This document shows, piece after piece, positions 11,641 to 24,100 of a stretch of 64,000 bases of DNA; position 1 is the first letter of the stretch, and every line of letters starts with the position of its first letter. The position numbers and the translations under genes are program-made. Below the pieces are notes generated by a model. It saw only the letters and a list, made by a program, of their open reading frames with translations. It did no database searches and was not told the origin of the DNA. The DNA lies in assembly GCF_000315625.1 (NCBI RefSeq), contig NW_005434669.1, forward strand, positions 695,638-759,637, written 5' to 3'. The stretch comes from Guillardia theta CCMP2712. Lineage: Eukaryota; Protista; Cryptophyta.

Positions 11641-12436
11641 GGTGAGTAAATTGGCTCATTTAGCTGTACTGGTATCACGATGCTCGTTGCTTGCCCCCCT
11701 CAGTGCTGTCTACGTGGCTTGCCGCGCGGCCCGCGGACGGTGGGCTGGCACTGAGTGTAGACCGACTCGGAGATTTCAGTGACTGGCAGAAGGTAAAAAG
11801 GGTCTGGTTGCCAGCAGTGCTGCCGGGTTACTTTTGTGAGTCCGTACCGTGATCGCTTTTGTTGCAGTGCTGTGTGCGCCTATGCCCAGTGACGTTTTTG
11901 CTTGTTTCTGCTTTCTTCTGGCCTTGAGGCACTCGCGTGGCCGGCCCGTCAAGTACCGTCTGACCAGCCAATCATACTGCCGGGTCACGGACATGGCGGC
12001 CCTCTCCGGGGCCTCACACAGCCTGGACGTTCACTGCTCAGCCGGTCCCCCGGGCCAGCCCCCGGGCACCGTCACGCCGCCGGACTGCCGCAGTGCAGCG
12101 CGGCCCCCGGGCCCGGCCAGTTGACTGAGGTGGTTGGACTGACTCCCGTTGCCGGTGGGTTCACTGACGTGTTGATAGCACGGGAGGGAGGGGTGGGTTG
12201 CTTCCCTTTGAGGGTGGGGGTACATCTAGTAACACCCCCCCTGGCACTCCCCACCCCCCGCTAATTTTCTTCGCACGAGGAATAACCCCTCCAACCCCGA
12301 ACCGAAGGTTGGAACTCCATGGAGATAGGGTAGTGTAGGGTAGGGTCAGATCGCTTTTAAAAGTGTGGGCGGGGTACTAGAGAGATATACCACCCCACCC
12401 CAAACCAAAGGTTGTCAGACAATGGCAACAGAGCAG

Positions 12437-13380
12437 GATAGAGGATAGAGGATAGAGGATAGAGGATAGAGGATAGAGGATAGAGGAAAGAGGATAGAGG
12501 ATAGAGGATAGAGGATAGAGGATAGAGGATAGAGGATAGAGGATAGAGCATAGAGGATAGAGGATAGAGGATAGAGGATAGAGGATAGAGGATAGAGGAT
12601 AGAGGATAGAGGATAGAGGATAGAGGATAGAGGATAGAGGATAGAGGATAGAGGATAGAGCATAGAGGATAGAGGATAGAGGGGAGTATCTAGAGGATAG
12701 AGGATAGAGCAGTAGAGGTGGAGGATAGAGGATAGAGGTGGAGGATAGAGGATAGAGGATAGAGGATAGAGGATAGAGGATAGAGGATAGAGGATAGAGG
12801 ATAGAGGATAGAGGAAGAGGAGTAGAGGATAGAGGATAGAGGATAGAGGATAGAGGATAGAGGATAGAGGATAGAGGATAGAGGATAGAGGATAGAGGGT
12901 GAGGATAGAGGATAGAGGATAGAGGATAGAGGATAGAGGATAGAGGATAGAGGATAGAGGATAGAGGATAGAGGATAGAGGATAGAGGATAGAGGATAGA
13001 GGATAGAGGATAGAGGATAGAGGATAGAGGATAGAGGATAGAGGATAGAGGATAGAGGATAGAGGATAGAGGATAGAGGATAGAGGATAGAGGATAGAGG
13101 ATAGAGGATAGAGGATAGAGGTAGCAGGCAGGTAGAAGGTAGAGGATAGAGGGTACAGGAGGTAGAGGAATAAAGGATAGAGGGAGAGTGTAGAAGGTAG
13201 AGGACAGAAGGTAGGAGGACAGAGGGTATAGGAGGTAAAGGATAGAGGGAGAAGGTAAAAGGTAGAAGGTAGAGGACAGAGGGTAGGAGTATAGAGGATA
13301 GAGGACAGAGGGTAGGAGGTATAGGATAGGAGGATAGGAGGATAGAGGACAAGAGGTAGAGCGTGAGGATAGGAGGATAA
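12437..13380 (+). repeat. (GATAGAG)n heptamer satellite, nearly pure to ~13120, then degenerate
   Basis: Directly visible; it produces the spurious SSILYPL-repeat ORFs. Confidence 0.98.
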
Positions 13381-13443
13381 ACGAAAAGAGGTAAAGCAAA
13401 GACTGAAGAGAGAGACAAATGAAAGCAGACACGACAAGCAAAG

Positions 13444-14414
13444 ATGCTGTTTGCCATGAGACGGAGGTACCTGAGTAAGATGAGAAACTCTTACATGTAC
13501 AATGCAGACCAGATCCGTCAAAAGTTGCCAGAGACACAAAAGGAAGAAGAAAGGCACACCTAATGTTCAAATGTTTCCCCTTCCTATCTAAGCAGAAATC
13601 TGCGAAGCCTTCACAAGGTAATGGTAGTTTCAAGGTTGCTGGAGGAGGTTGATGTGGTTGAGTCAGATTTTCCTCGAGAGGACGAGCAGGACACCAGCAG
13701 AAAGGTGCAGCAGGCCGCAAGCCCAAAGGCCGGGACGAGCAAATTTGGAGCAACACCAGACAAGAAAGCAGGAGACGGAGAGGATACGGCAACCAGCAGC
13801 ATCCCGTCACCAGCGAGCAACGGTATCCATACGCAGGCGCAATGGGCACGGGTGCAGCTGAGCGAGCAGTCGAAGAAGCACCAAGAGAAGAAGAGCAACT
13901 TCGACTCCTCCGCTGTCTCCAAACAAGCTCAGTGGGCGCGTGAGCAGCTGAACGCGCAAGCGAAGAATCAGCAGGTGGAGAAAGAGAAGTTCGACTCCAA
14001 TTCCGTCTCTCAACAAGCGCGCTGGGCGCGTGAGCAGTTGAGCGCTCGAGCCAACCAAGAAAGGGCAAAAGAAACGACCTTTGACACAGGAGCTGTCTCT
14101 AAACAAGCCAAGTGGGCAAAAGAGCAACTTAGGCTGCAGAATCAAGATGAACTTCCCAACGAGTTGTCGGATTATGACGTTTCAGGTCAAAAATCCTTGG
14201 TTCATGCAGAAAAGGCATCGGGGTTTGGAGAGGAAGAAAGCGAGGAGAATCAAGCTCAGTCAGGTAATTCCTGCGATTTCTATTTCTCTGTTTCACCATC
14301 CCTCTCGTGACAGACCTCGAACTCGTGGACTCGCAAGTTGCACCAACTCTGGAAGATGAAAACTGTTTTTCGCAAACCGACAAGTCTCTAAGCAAGTCTC
14401 CACCTGCTTCCTAG
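13444..14414 (+). CDS. Hypothetical protein with 30-aa tandem repeats (FD..AVS.QA.WAREQL)
   Basis: ORF 13621-14310 with repeats every 90 nt (13837, 13927, 14017, 14107); flanking exons and start are tentative. Confidence 0.55.
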
Positions 14415-14915
14415 TAATGAATGGTAACTCCCTTTCATCTATTCCTGAAGCCCTCTTCTGCTGATGACTCGATCTGATCTCATTGAGAGACTCAATCTCG
14501 CCTTTTGACGACTCGTAGTTATAACAACTTCCCAGTTTCCTCTGATCTTGTTTTGTGCTTGATCTTGTTTCTTTCCTTCTTCTCTTCGTCATTCGTATAT
14601 GATGTTCGATTGTAAAGCGCTTCTCCGTTTGCCGCATTTTCATCATGTTTTTGTTTTGCTGCTGGCACCTCGCCGCCGTGGTGGTTTCGAGCAAGCGCGC
14701 CTCGTTGCTCCCTTACATGTATCGGGAGTAAATTTTCCGAAAGGGGTTTCTAATTCTCTTTGCTGTGCATGCATTTGCATCTTCCAGCTGAGAAAAGTAC
14801 CGGTACAGACGAGTGATTGCATATCATTTCACTACCCCATCCGCACGAATCCAATCCCAAGAATGCTCCGAGCAGCGGCCCTGACAATGTGAGTGCGACG
14901 AGCGAGCTGGAAAGG

Positions 14916-15019
14916 NNNNNNNNNNNNNNNNNNNNNNNNNNNNNNNNNNNNNNNNNNNNNNNNNNNNNNNNNNNNNNNNNNNNNNNNNNNNNNNNNNNNN
15001 NNNNNNNNNNNNNNNNNNN
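14916..15019. other. Assembly gap
   Basis: N run. Confidence 0.99.
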
Positions 15020-15544
15020 ACTCATAGCCTTGCGAGGGAGAAAGTAGGAGAAAGTAGGAGAAAGTAGGAGAAAGGAGGAGGGGGCTCCTCTGTAGCTGAA
15101 TGGGGGAGTGGGAGGAGGGGGAGTTTCAAGCTCGAGAGGTGGAGGTAAGGGGGCAAGCAGAGATGGAGAAGCGGGTCGAGAACCCCCAGGTCAGGCAAAG
15201 GGAATGGAATTGAGAATCAAAAGTTAGAACATAGCAGGAATCGGCCAAGATCTTGGAAACAAATGAACAACCAGCAAATCTATGATGAATCAGCAAACAT
15301 TCAAGAACTCGACTGACCCTGTGCGCTTTGCAGCTCGATCGGTTCAGCATGTGGATTCTCTGTTAACTTTTTCAACAAGCCAAGCATAGGACGAGGTTTG
15401 TCTCTTCCTTCTCTTCCTTCCTCACTCTCTGCAGACGTTCGAGCAGGAGTCGTCGCTTTGAATATGATTGACTGTCATGGTACCGCCGATATGATTTGGT
15501 GGCTGGAAGTTGAAGAGGAATGCAGGAGGAGCTCACCTGTCAGT

Positions 15545-17432
15545 AGAACAGAAGAAAGCTTTGCGAGAGACTGCTGAACTCGTCGCTCGCTCCGGTGAGT
15601 CTGACAAGAAGTGATGGAGGATTGAAGGGACGGCAGGGAAGGGCATTACGGCATGCGATGAGGGGCCCGGAACGATTGGAGACAGATTTGAGAAAGTGGG
15701 TATTGTCAACACAGAAGAGAATCGAAGGTATGCGACATCTCTATGAACCTGAAGGCGAGACAGAGCGAGAGGGAGGGAGGGGAGACGAGAGGAAGTGGGG
15801 AGGAGGAGATTCACAGAGTGACGAAGACCTTGTCAGACTTTATCGCCAGATGCTCTTCACCAATCCCGTGGGCTCGGACTATCTCAGTGCTGGTTTATTT
15901 GTTTTCCGCTTAACGTCTTGCTCCTCTCATTCGTCTTTCAGCTATCTTGGACCCCGAGACCATCTTTCAGCGCAGCGACGCCGGCGAACCTTTCCCGTCG
16001 CTGCTCATGTCCCAGGGGATCGTGCCGGGGGTGAAGCCTCACCTCAAGGTCGCGACTCTTCCTGGCGCTGGCGGTGCGACGGTCATGCAAGGCCTCGACT
16101 CCCTCGGCACCCGCTGCCGCTCCTACTACGAGGCGGGCGCGAGATTCGCCAAGTGGAGAAGCCCGCTGGTGATCAAGGTAGAGGAGATCTGAAGGAGGAG
16201 GATGGAGACGCAGCAGGTTGACGAGACGTCAGGATGGCGACATTTCTGACCTCGCGGTTCGCACGAACATGGAGGACCTTGCTCGCTATGCTCTTATCTG
16301 CCAGGCGAGCTGCCTTGCCTTCTCTTCTTTTCTCACTTGCCCGCAGAGTGAAGGTCTCATGCCCATCGTGGAACCAGACATCAGCCTGCAGGTCTTGTCC
16401 TGTTTCAAGAGCGAAGGAGGCGGAGGGGCTGATCAAGAGAGCAAACAGGGCGACTACGACCTTGAGACAGCCATCCGAGTCAACGTCAAAGTCCAGTCTC
16501 ACCTCTACAAGGTTCACCTCCCACTTCCCCCCTCGTCTCTCCTCCTCACCCACTGCAGGCGATGTTGGACCATGGGGTGTACATGGAGGGCACAACGCTG
16601 AAGCCAAACATGGTGACACCAGAGGGAAGCACGAGGCTGATGGCTGATGCTCCTCAGGTCAACCCGGGCAAGAGCTGCCAGCGCAAGTACACAGCTGAGG
16701 AACTCGGAGAGGCGACGATTACCGTCCTCCGCCGCTGCATGCCATGTGCCATGCCAGGAGTGAACTTCCTCAGCGGCGGACAATCTTTGGAGGATGCAGC
16801 TGCCAGGTCTGAGTCTTTGGCCCCTTCCTCTTTGCCTTCCTTCGCTCCTGATGCCGGCTGAACTTGAACAGGCTGAACGCCATCAACCGAGCCAAGGGCA
16901 ACAGCCCATGGAATCTCAGCTTCTCCTGGAGTCAGGTTCTGCCTCTCTTCCCTCAGCTCGTTCGCCTTCCTCCTCCTCTACAGCCCTTCCCTGCATCTCG
17001 TCCGCTCATCCTCCGATCAGGCCCTCCAGCTGCCCCTGTTGGAGCTCTGCAAGAAAAATCCTCCTGGTTTGGCTCCATCCCATCAGCTTCTGCTGATTCT
17101 CCTTGCTCAGGTTCGCCTCTCCCGCTGAAAGAAATGTCCGAGTTGCTCTCCAAGGAGCTCGCCATGGCGGGGGCTGCCGCCAGGTCTGCTTGTAGTCCTC
17201 TCCCCCTCTCTTCCTCGATCCCTCCTACCAGAACCTTCCGACCTTCTCGTTTCATTCTTCTTTCCTTCTCTGTTTGTTCTACTCGCTCTCCTCACCTCCG
17301 CTCATCTCAGAGGCGAGTACCATCCTGCTCCTGGTCAAGGCGACCATATTCCCCCCGCCAAGGCTGCTGTCGTTGCTTGAAGTCTTTAGGAGGAGAGAGC
17401 AAGCGAGAATCACATGTCAGTCAGCAAATTGA
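15545..17432 (+). CDS. FBA: Fructose-bisphosphate aldolase, class I (multi-exon; start and stop approximate)
   Basis: Spliced exons give [51 protein letters not shown] (Schiff-base Lys), FLSGGQS, WNLSFSW. Confidence 0.93.
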
Positions 17433-18742
17433 GATTGTCCATCAGCTTGAAGAGCTTCACGCACATCCGCACAGTCTCTGCCACAGGCTACTCGCGTCAA
17501 ACTTGAGAGCGACACGAGAAGGAGCGACGGAGCAAGAAAGCAGATGGAGGGAGGAAAGGGGGGAAAAGGGAGCTGAGGGAGCAAAGGAGAGTGGAGACGA
17601 AGGCGAAGGGGAGGAGAAAGGGAAGGAGGGGTTACCTTGAGGAAATCTCTTGGTCTTGTACTCCTGCAACTCTGAACCACAAGGGTCGCTTGAGCGTATG
17701 GCAGCCGGAAAATGTGTAGCCTTGTCGATCCTGCTGAGCAAGTGAGGGATATGGAGGAGTCAGAAGGAGCTCGGATCACAACACCTCGTCCACTTATCAC
17801 GGCGCTCCTGAAGACATCATTGTATGCGCCCATAGCATCCTGCTGTTTGTCAACCAACGAGGATGCGGCAAGAAGCAGCCGTGTGTGTGGGGAGAAGAGG
17901 TTCAAATATAGGAGGAGGAGGAGGAGGAGGAGGAGGAGGAGGAGGAGGAGGAGGAGGAGGAGGAGGAGGGGATTGTGTGGACCTCTGAGAGGTTGGAGAG
18001 CGCCTCCAGGTTCGCACCCAGCCCCAGCCCATCAACGCCATCAGCGGTGCAGTGGAGGATGCGCGAGTCGTCGGAGAGGAGGAGCGACATCTTGATCCCG
18101 TTGACCCGCATCAGCCCCTCCAGCACAGGAGCGACCAGCCCCTGCAGCACCACCGGGATGGTGGCGTGAAAGGGCTCGAAGTCATTCAGGTTGATGTGTG
18201 GCGTTCCTCCTCCCACCTGCTTCTGCCTCAGCCTCTTCCTCCTCACCCTGCTCACCTGCCTTGGCTAGGCTCGCGCCGAACTGTCGCCGGAAGGAGCTGA
18301 GAAGTTCCACGGCGATCAGCCGTCCAAGCTCGGGCCCGTCCTCCACGTCATGGAACAGCGCGCAGATGAGCGATCCTCCTCCGCTCCTCCTTGGCGTCTG
18401 CTTGGGAGTTGCTGATGGAGTCTCGTGCCGCTCAACAGGATTATGAAACTCAGACTTGTGGCGGGAAAGGTGAGGAGGAGCCGGGGAAGCGCTGCCGCTG
18501 CTGGCTGTCGACGGTCTTTCAAGCATGAGCTTGGCGTCTTCAGGACCTTTGGAGGAGCAGATGGAGACGGCGATGGTGCTGAACTCTAGGTAGCTGACGG
18601 GAGCCCCGACGTTGTTGGTGGAGAACTCAAGGATGGCAGTGAGGAGGGAACCGACGAGGCGGGGCTGAGAGACAGTGTTGAAGAACTCCTTGGAGAAGAG
18701 AACGAGCCCTCCATCAGAAATGATGAGAACGTTCCTTAGCAT
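17417..18742 (-). CDS. Conserved hypothetical protein with longin-like N-terminal domain
   Basis: MLRNVLIISDGGLVLFSKEF...GSLLTAILEFS...ICALFHDVEDGPELGRLIA resembles a longin-fold start; downstream exons are split by CCT-repeat introns. Confidence 0.55.
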
Positions 18743-19372
18743 CGATCTTCTTCCTCCTCCCTCTTCTCCACCCTCTTCTCCACCCTCTTCTCCACCCTCT
18801 TCTCCCCCTTCCCTTCCTCCTAATTATTTCCTTCCCTTCGCCATCGCTGCCGGCGTCCAGTAGCGGCCAGTACGGCGAACTCGGAGCGCGGGCCCGGCAA
18901 AGGCTGCGAGCAGAACTGAAGGGACTGGAAGCCTCTGCGTTTGCTGTCTAAATTCTCAACTAACAAGTAAAGCTGAGGCGAGCTTGCAGAATATAGGTGT
19001 CAGCCCCTTCAAGCTTATCTTGTAATTTTGTCAGACTTGTGACGTGCGGCCCCCATCGCCTAATGGAGGAGGGAGGTCGAGGAGGGAGGGAGGACGAGGA
19101 AGGACGGGAGGACGGGGAGGGAGGGAGGACGAGGAGGGAGGGAGGACGAGGAGGGACGGGAGTGGGGGAAGAAATTGAGCAAGCGGATGGAAAGAGTGGA
19201 AGATAAGCAAGGGACTGTGAGAAAAATGATAACATCGCTTAAGCAAAGTTTAAGGAGAAGAATTTGAGGAGAAGTCACAATGAAGTGAGCAAGGGTTGTT
19301 GAAACATGCGATACCGGATGAGGGAAGAAGGATAGTGGAATGCTGATGGGATGTATCGTCAGGTCTTTCGCG

Positions 19373-20900
<1,528 letters not shown>

Positions 20901-21138
20901 AGTTGATGGATAAAGAAAAGAAAAAAACCAACATGTGTGAAGATGATGGTGGTTAAAGTAGGCTAGACAGCGAGGCGATGATGATGAGGATAATGCCACG
21001 TGTGAACGAGGAGGTGATAGAGGCAAGGCGAGGAGGATGGGGTAGGGGACGAAATAGCAGGCTGTAGCGGATTCAACGAGGAGGGACAGCGTCAGCCTTG
21101 TCGTCGACTTGCTCCTCCTGCAGGCAATCAGAGTCACG

Positions 21139-24100
21139 TCAGGGTTGCTCTGGTCTTTCCTTGCTGTAGAGCAGGAGGTACGGAGTCTCCAGCCTCCTCC
21201 CGCGCCCTTGACAGCTCTTGGCGCCGTCAGCGTGAGCGAAACGACAAGTAGGCGCACCTCGAGGGAAGAGATTTCGACGTGCTCGTCATCGAACTTGCAC
21301 CACATCTCTGCACTCCTCCTCACTCTCCTCTCGCTGCTCTTCCTCTATCACTCACCTGGGTCGTGAGGCTGCGGTCTAGCTCGGGCGTAGGCGACGTAGT
21401 GGCCGTGATGGATGGACCTGCTGGACGTGACGGAGGAAAAGAAAGCGAGAGCCGCTCACGTGCCCACATGCGCGATGACAGCGATGAGCCGATACGAGAC
21501 CCACCCACCCCTCCCCCTCCCCCTTCCCTCCGTCGGCAAAGAAAGTTTCCTGTAGCAGCAGTCAAGGAGAGGAGAGGGAGAGGAGATGAGATGAGAGGAG
21601 ATGAGATGAGATGAGATGAGAGGAGAAGAGAGGAAGGGGGTGGAGATGAAAGGAGAGGAGATGAAAGGAGAGGAGATGAAAGGAGAGGAGATGAAAGGAG
21701 ATGAGATGAAAGGAAGGGGGTGGAGATGAAAGGAGAGGAGAGGAAGGGGGTGGAGATGAAAGGAGAGGAGATGAAAGGAGAGGAGATGAAAGGAGAGGAG
21801 ATGAGATGAAAGGAGAGGAGAAAAAGGTTTCAGAGACTCTGGCAGCTCGACGTGTCTGCAGTCTTTGTCTCCCGTATGAGAAAGAAACCGTAGCAGAGTG
21901 ACCTGCAGGTAACGAGGAGCCGCGTTGATCTGTCGCCTGTCACCCCCTCCTCCTCCTCCTCCTCCTCCTCCTCCTCCTCCTCCTCCTCCTCTGCTTCACC
22001 TCGCTGTGCTTGCGAGCATCGCTCAATCGCCCGCAGCTCTCGCAGTGGTACTGGTCGCTTCCCGACATCCGCTGACAAAGATCATGAGAACCATAAAGCA
22101 AGTGAGGAGCGAGGAGGGGGGGGAAAAGAGAGGTAATACCTCCACGCCCAGAGAGCGGGCGATAAGATGAGGGAGGGAGATGGCTGGAGGGAAGGGAAGC
22201 GAGTCAGAAGGTGGAAGCTATCGGCTCCTCTCACTCTCTTCTGGAGAGCCAGAGGGCGAAGGAGGAGGAGGAGGAGGAGAGGGAGCCGTTGCACTATCCT
22301 CTCTCTCTATGACCCCAACGATCGGAACAGCAAGGTCCTGGCAGACTTTCAACTCCCTCCTCCTCCATTCACCATCCCTGCCCCCCGCCCTCCCTCCCTC
22401 CTCCTTTCCTCCTCCTATGGCACTTTCACCCTTTACCCCTTCCTCCTTGTCCCTCGTCCCCTTTCTCTCACCCAAAACGTCTCCAGATGACGCTTGCTCG
22501 TGTCGCAGGTCTCGCATTGGATGAAGCTCGCGACTACCCCCTTCGCTCGATGGTCACATATCTCCTCCTCCTCCTCCTCCTGCTGCTCCTGCTGCTCCTG
22601 CTCCTCCTTTACCTCAAACAAGCTGGCAGGATTTGCATCCTCTTCTCTCCCCTCCTCCCTTCTGATCGCCTTCCGCTGCTCGTCAAAGTTTTCATGCTCT
22701 CTCAACTCTTTGAAACAAGTCTCAACGCAGGTGAGGAGATGCCGACCAAACTCACTGAACCAACGAGAAGATGAGAAGAGAAGAGAAGAGAAGAGAAGAG
22801 AAGAGAAGAGAAGAGAAGAGAAGAGAAGAGAAGAGAAGAAGGGAAGGGAAGGGAAGGGAAGGGAAGGGAAGGGAAGAAGAGAAGGGAAGGGAAGGGAAGA
22901 GGAGAGGAGAGGAGAGGAGAGGAGAGAAGAGGAGGGGAGAGAAGCGAAGCGAAGAAAAGTGAGGAGAAGAGAAGAGAGGAGGGAAGAGAGGAGGAGGGGA
23001 GAGAGGAGGAGGGGAGAATTGTGGTGGAGAGAAGAGAGTAAACTGGAATGGAGGAGCCGAGGGAAATGAAATTGGCGGGAAGTGAGCAGAAGGGAATGAG
23101 GAGGGAGAGAGAGAGAAGGAAAAGAAGGTGAAAGAGGAGAAGAGCGTTACCACGAGTCATGTTGTTCACCGCGAGTAAATCGACCCTCAAGGGTTCGCAG
23201 AAGCGTCTCGGGGTTCACGACTGTCAACGATCTGCTCAGTCATCCGCCGCCTCCCTCCTCCTCATCTCGCCCCTTCGCTTCCTCTTCTTCTCCCTCCCTC
23301 CTCCTCATCTTCGGTCGAGAACTCACATGCGGCTTTGCTGCTCGCCAGCTCTTGGAAGACTTGGCGCACGTTGCGCGTCACTGCCGCCGCGTGCTTGTCT
23401 GCCTCTCCTCCCAGCTGTTGACCGACACGAGCAGCTCGGGACGAGAGGAGGTGCGAGCGAAAGTCAAGGGCGTGAAAGAGAACCTGAGACAAGTCATGAA
23501 ACATCCTGTGACGTGATATGATGTGATATGCTATGCTATCACATAAAATTTACAAAGTTTCACCTGCAGGAATGCAGACATGTAGCAGCTGTCCACCAGT
23601 GTGTCATTGCTCCTCCTTTCCTCCTCCTCTCCTCCTTCCTCTCCCTCCCTCCCTCTCCCTTTCCTTCCTCACTCAAATTTCCCGCAGCTTTCTCGTTCTC
23701 TTCCTTCACCTGTTCCCAATATTGGCGATCCCGCGCAGTGTGCCACAGGCTGCTGGTACTCCTCGCGTTCCTCCTCCGCTTGTGCTTTCGCATTCTTCTT
23801 CTCTCCCGTAGACAAGAGCCGTCCTGAGAGCAGCAACAAGAACAAGCGAGGAGGAGGCGAGGGAGGCGGACGAGAGGAAGACACAGGGCACGACAGGTCA
23901 GAATTGAGAGGCCAAGGAGGAGAGTGTCAGGACTACAAAAGGGGAGGAGGAGAGAGGAGGGGGGGAGCGACGAGAGGGGAGGAGGAGGGAATGTGGAGAA
24001 CCTCTGCAGGACAGCAGCAACATCCTCGTCAGTGACGGTGACGCCATGGCGGTCGAGGAAGGATCTTGACGGAGCATGAGACCCTCGAGTTTCAGTCGCA

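Larger units (their letters stand above)
600..12150. mobile_element. Mosaic array of rearranged fragments of a CRE-like (RLE-type) non-LTR retrotransposon
   Basis: The same blocks recur in both orientations. Translated pieces include an RT end/thumb (GITLGGLPIG), a Zn-knuckle (CDGC...HHLQTC), RLE motifs (AHDNL...KGDI...DVTLVHP), a C-terminal RKRAATYQRLTMQL helix and a T-rich 3' UTR ending CTGCCAGTAAATCC. Confidence 0.8.

Noticed and set aside
1100-11800. CRISPR-like array (a recurring ~30-bp repeat with variable intervening sequence)
   Set aside because: Spacing is irregular (60-1900 bp), orientations are mixed, intervening pieces are themselves repeated retroelement fragments, there are no cas genes and the context is eukaryotic.
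385-12264. Many 60-330 aa ORFs in the array as host genes
   Set aside because: They are chimeric or antisense read-throughs of repeated GC-rich fragments, and some span N gaps.
12437-13120. A functional telomere
   Set aside because: It is internal, flanked by sequence on both sides, and does not match a canonical TnAGGG repeat; kept only as a satellite.
12357-14068. 563/380/255-aa minus-strand ORFs (SSILYPL repeats)
   Set aside because: Translation of the stop-free strand of the heptamer satellite.
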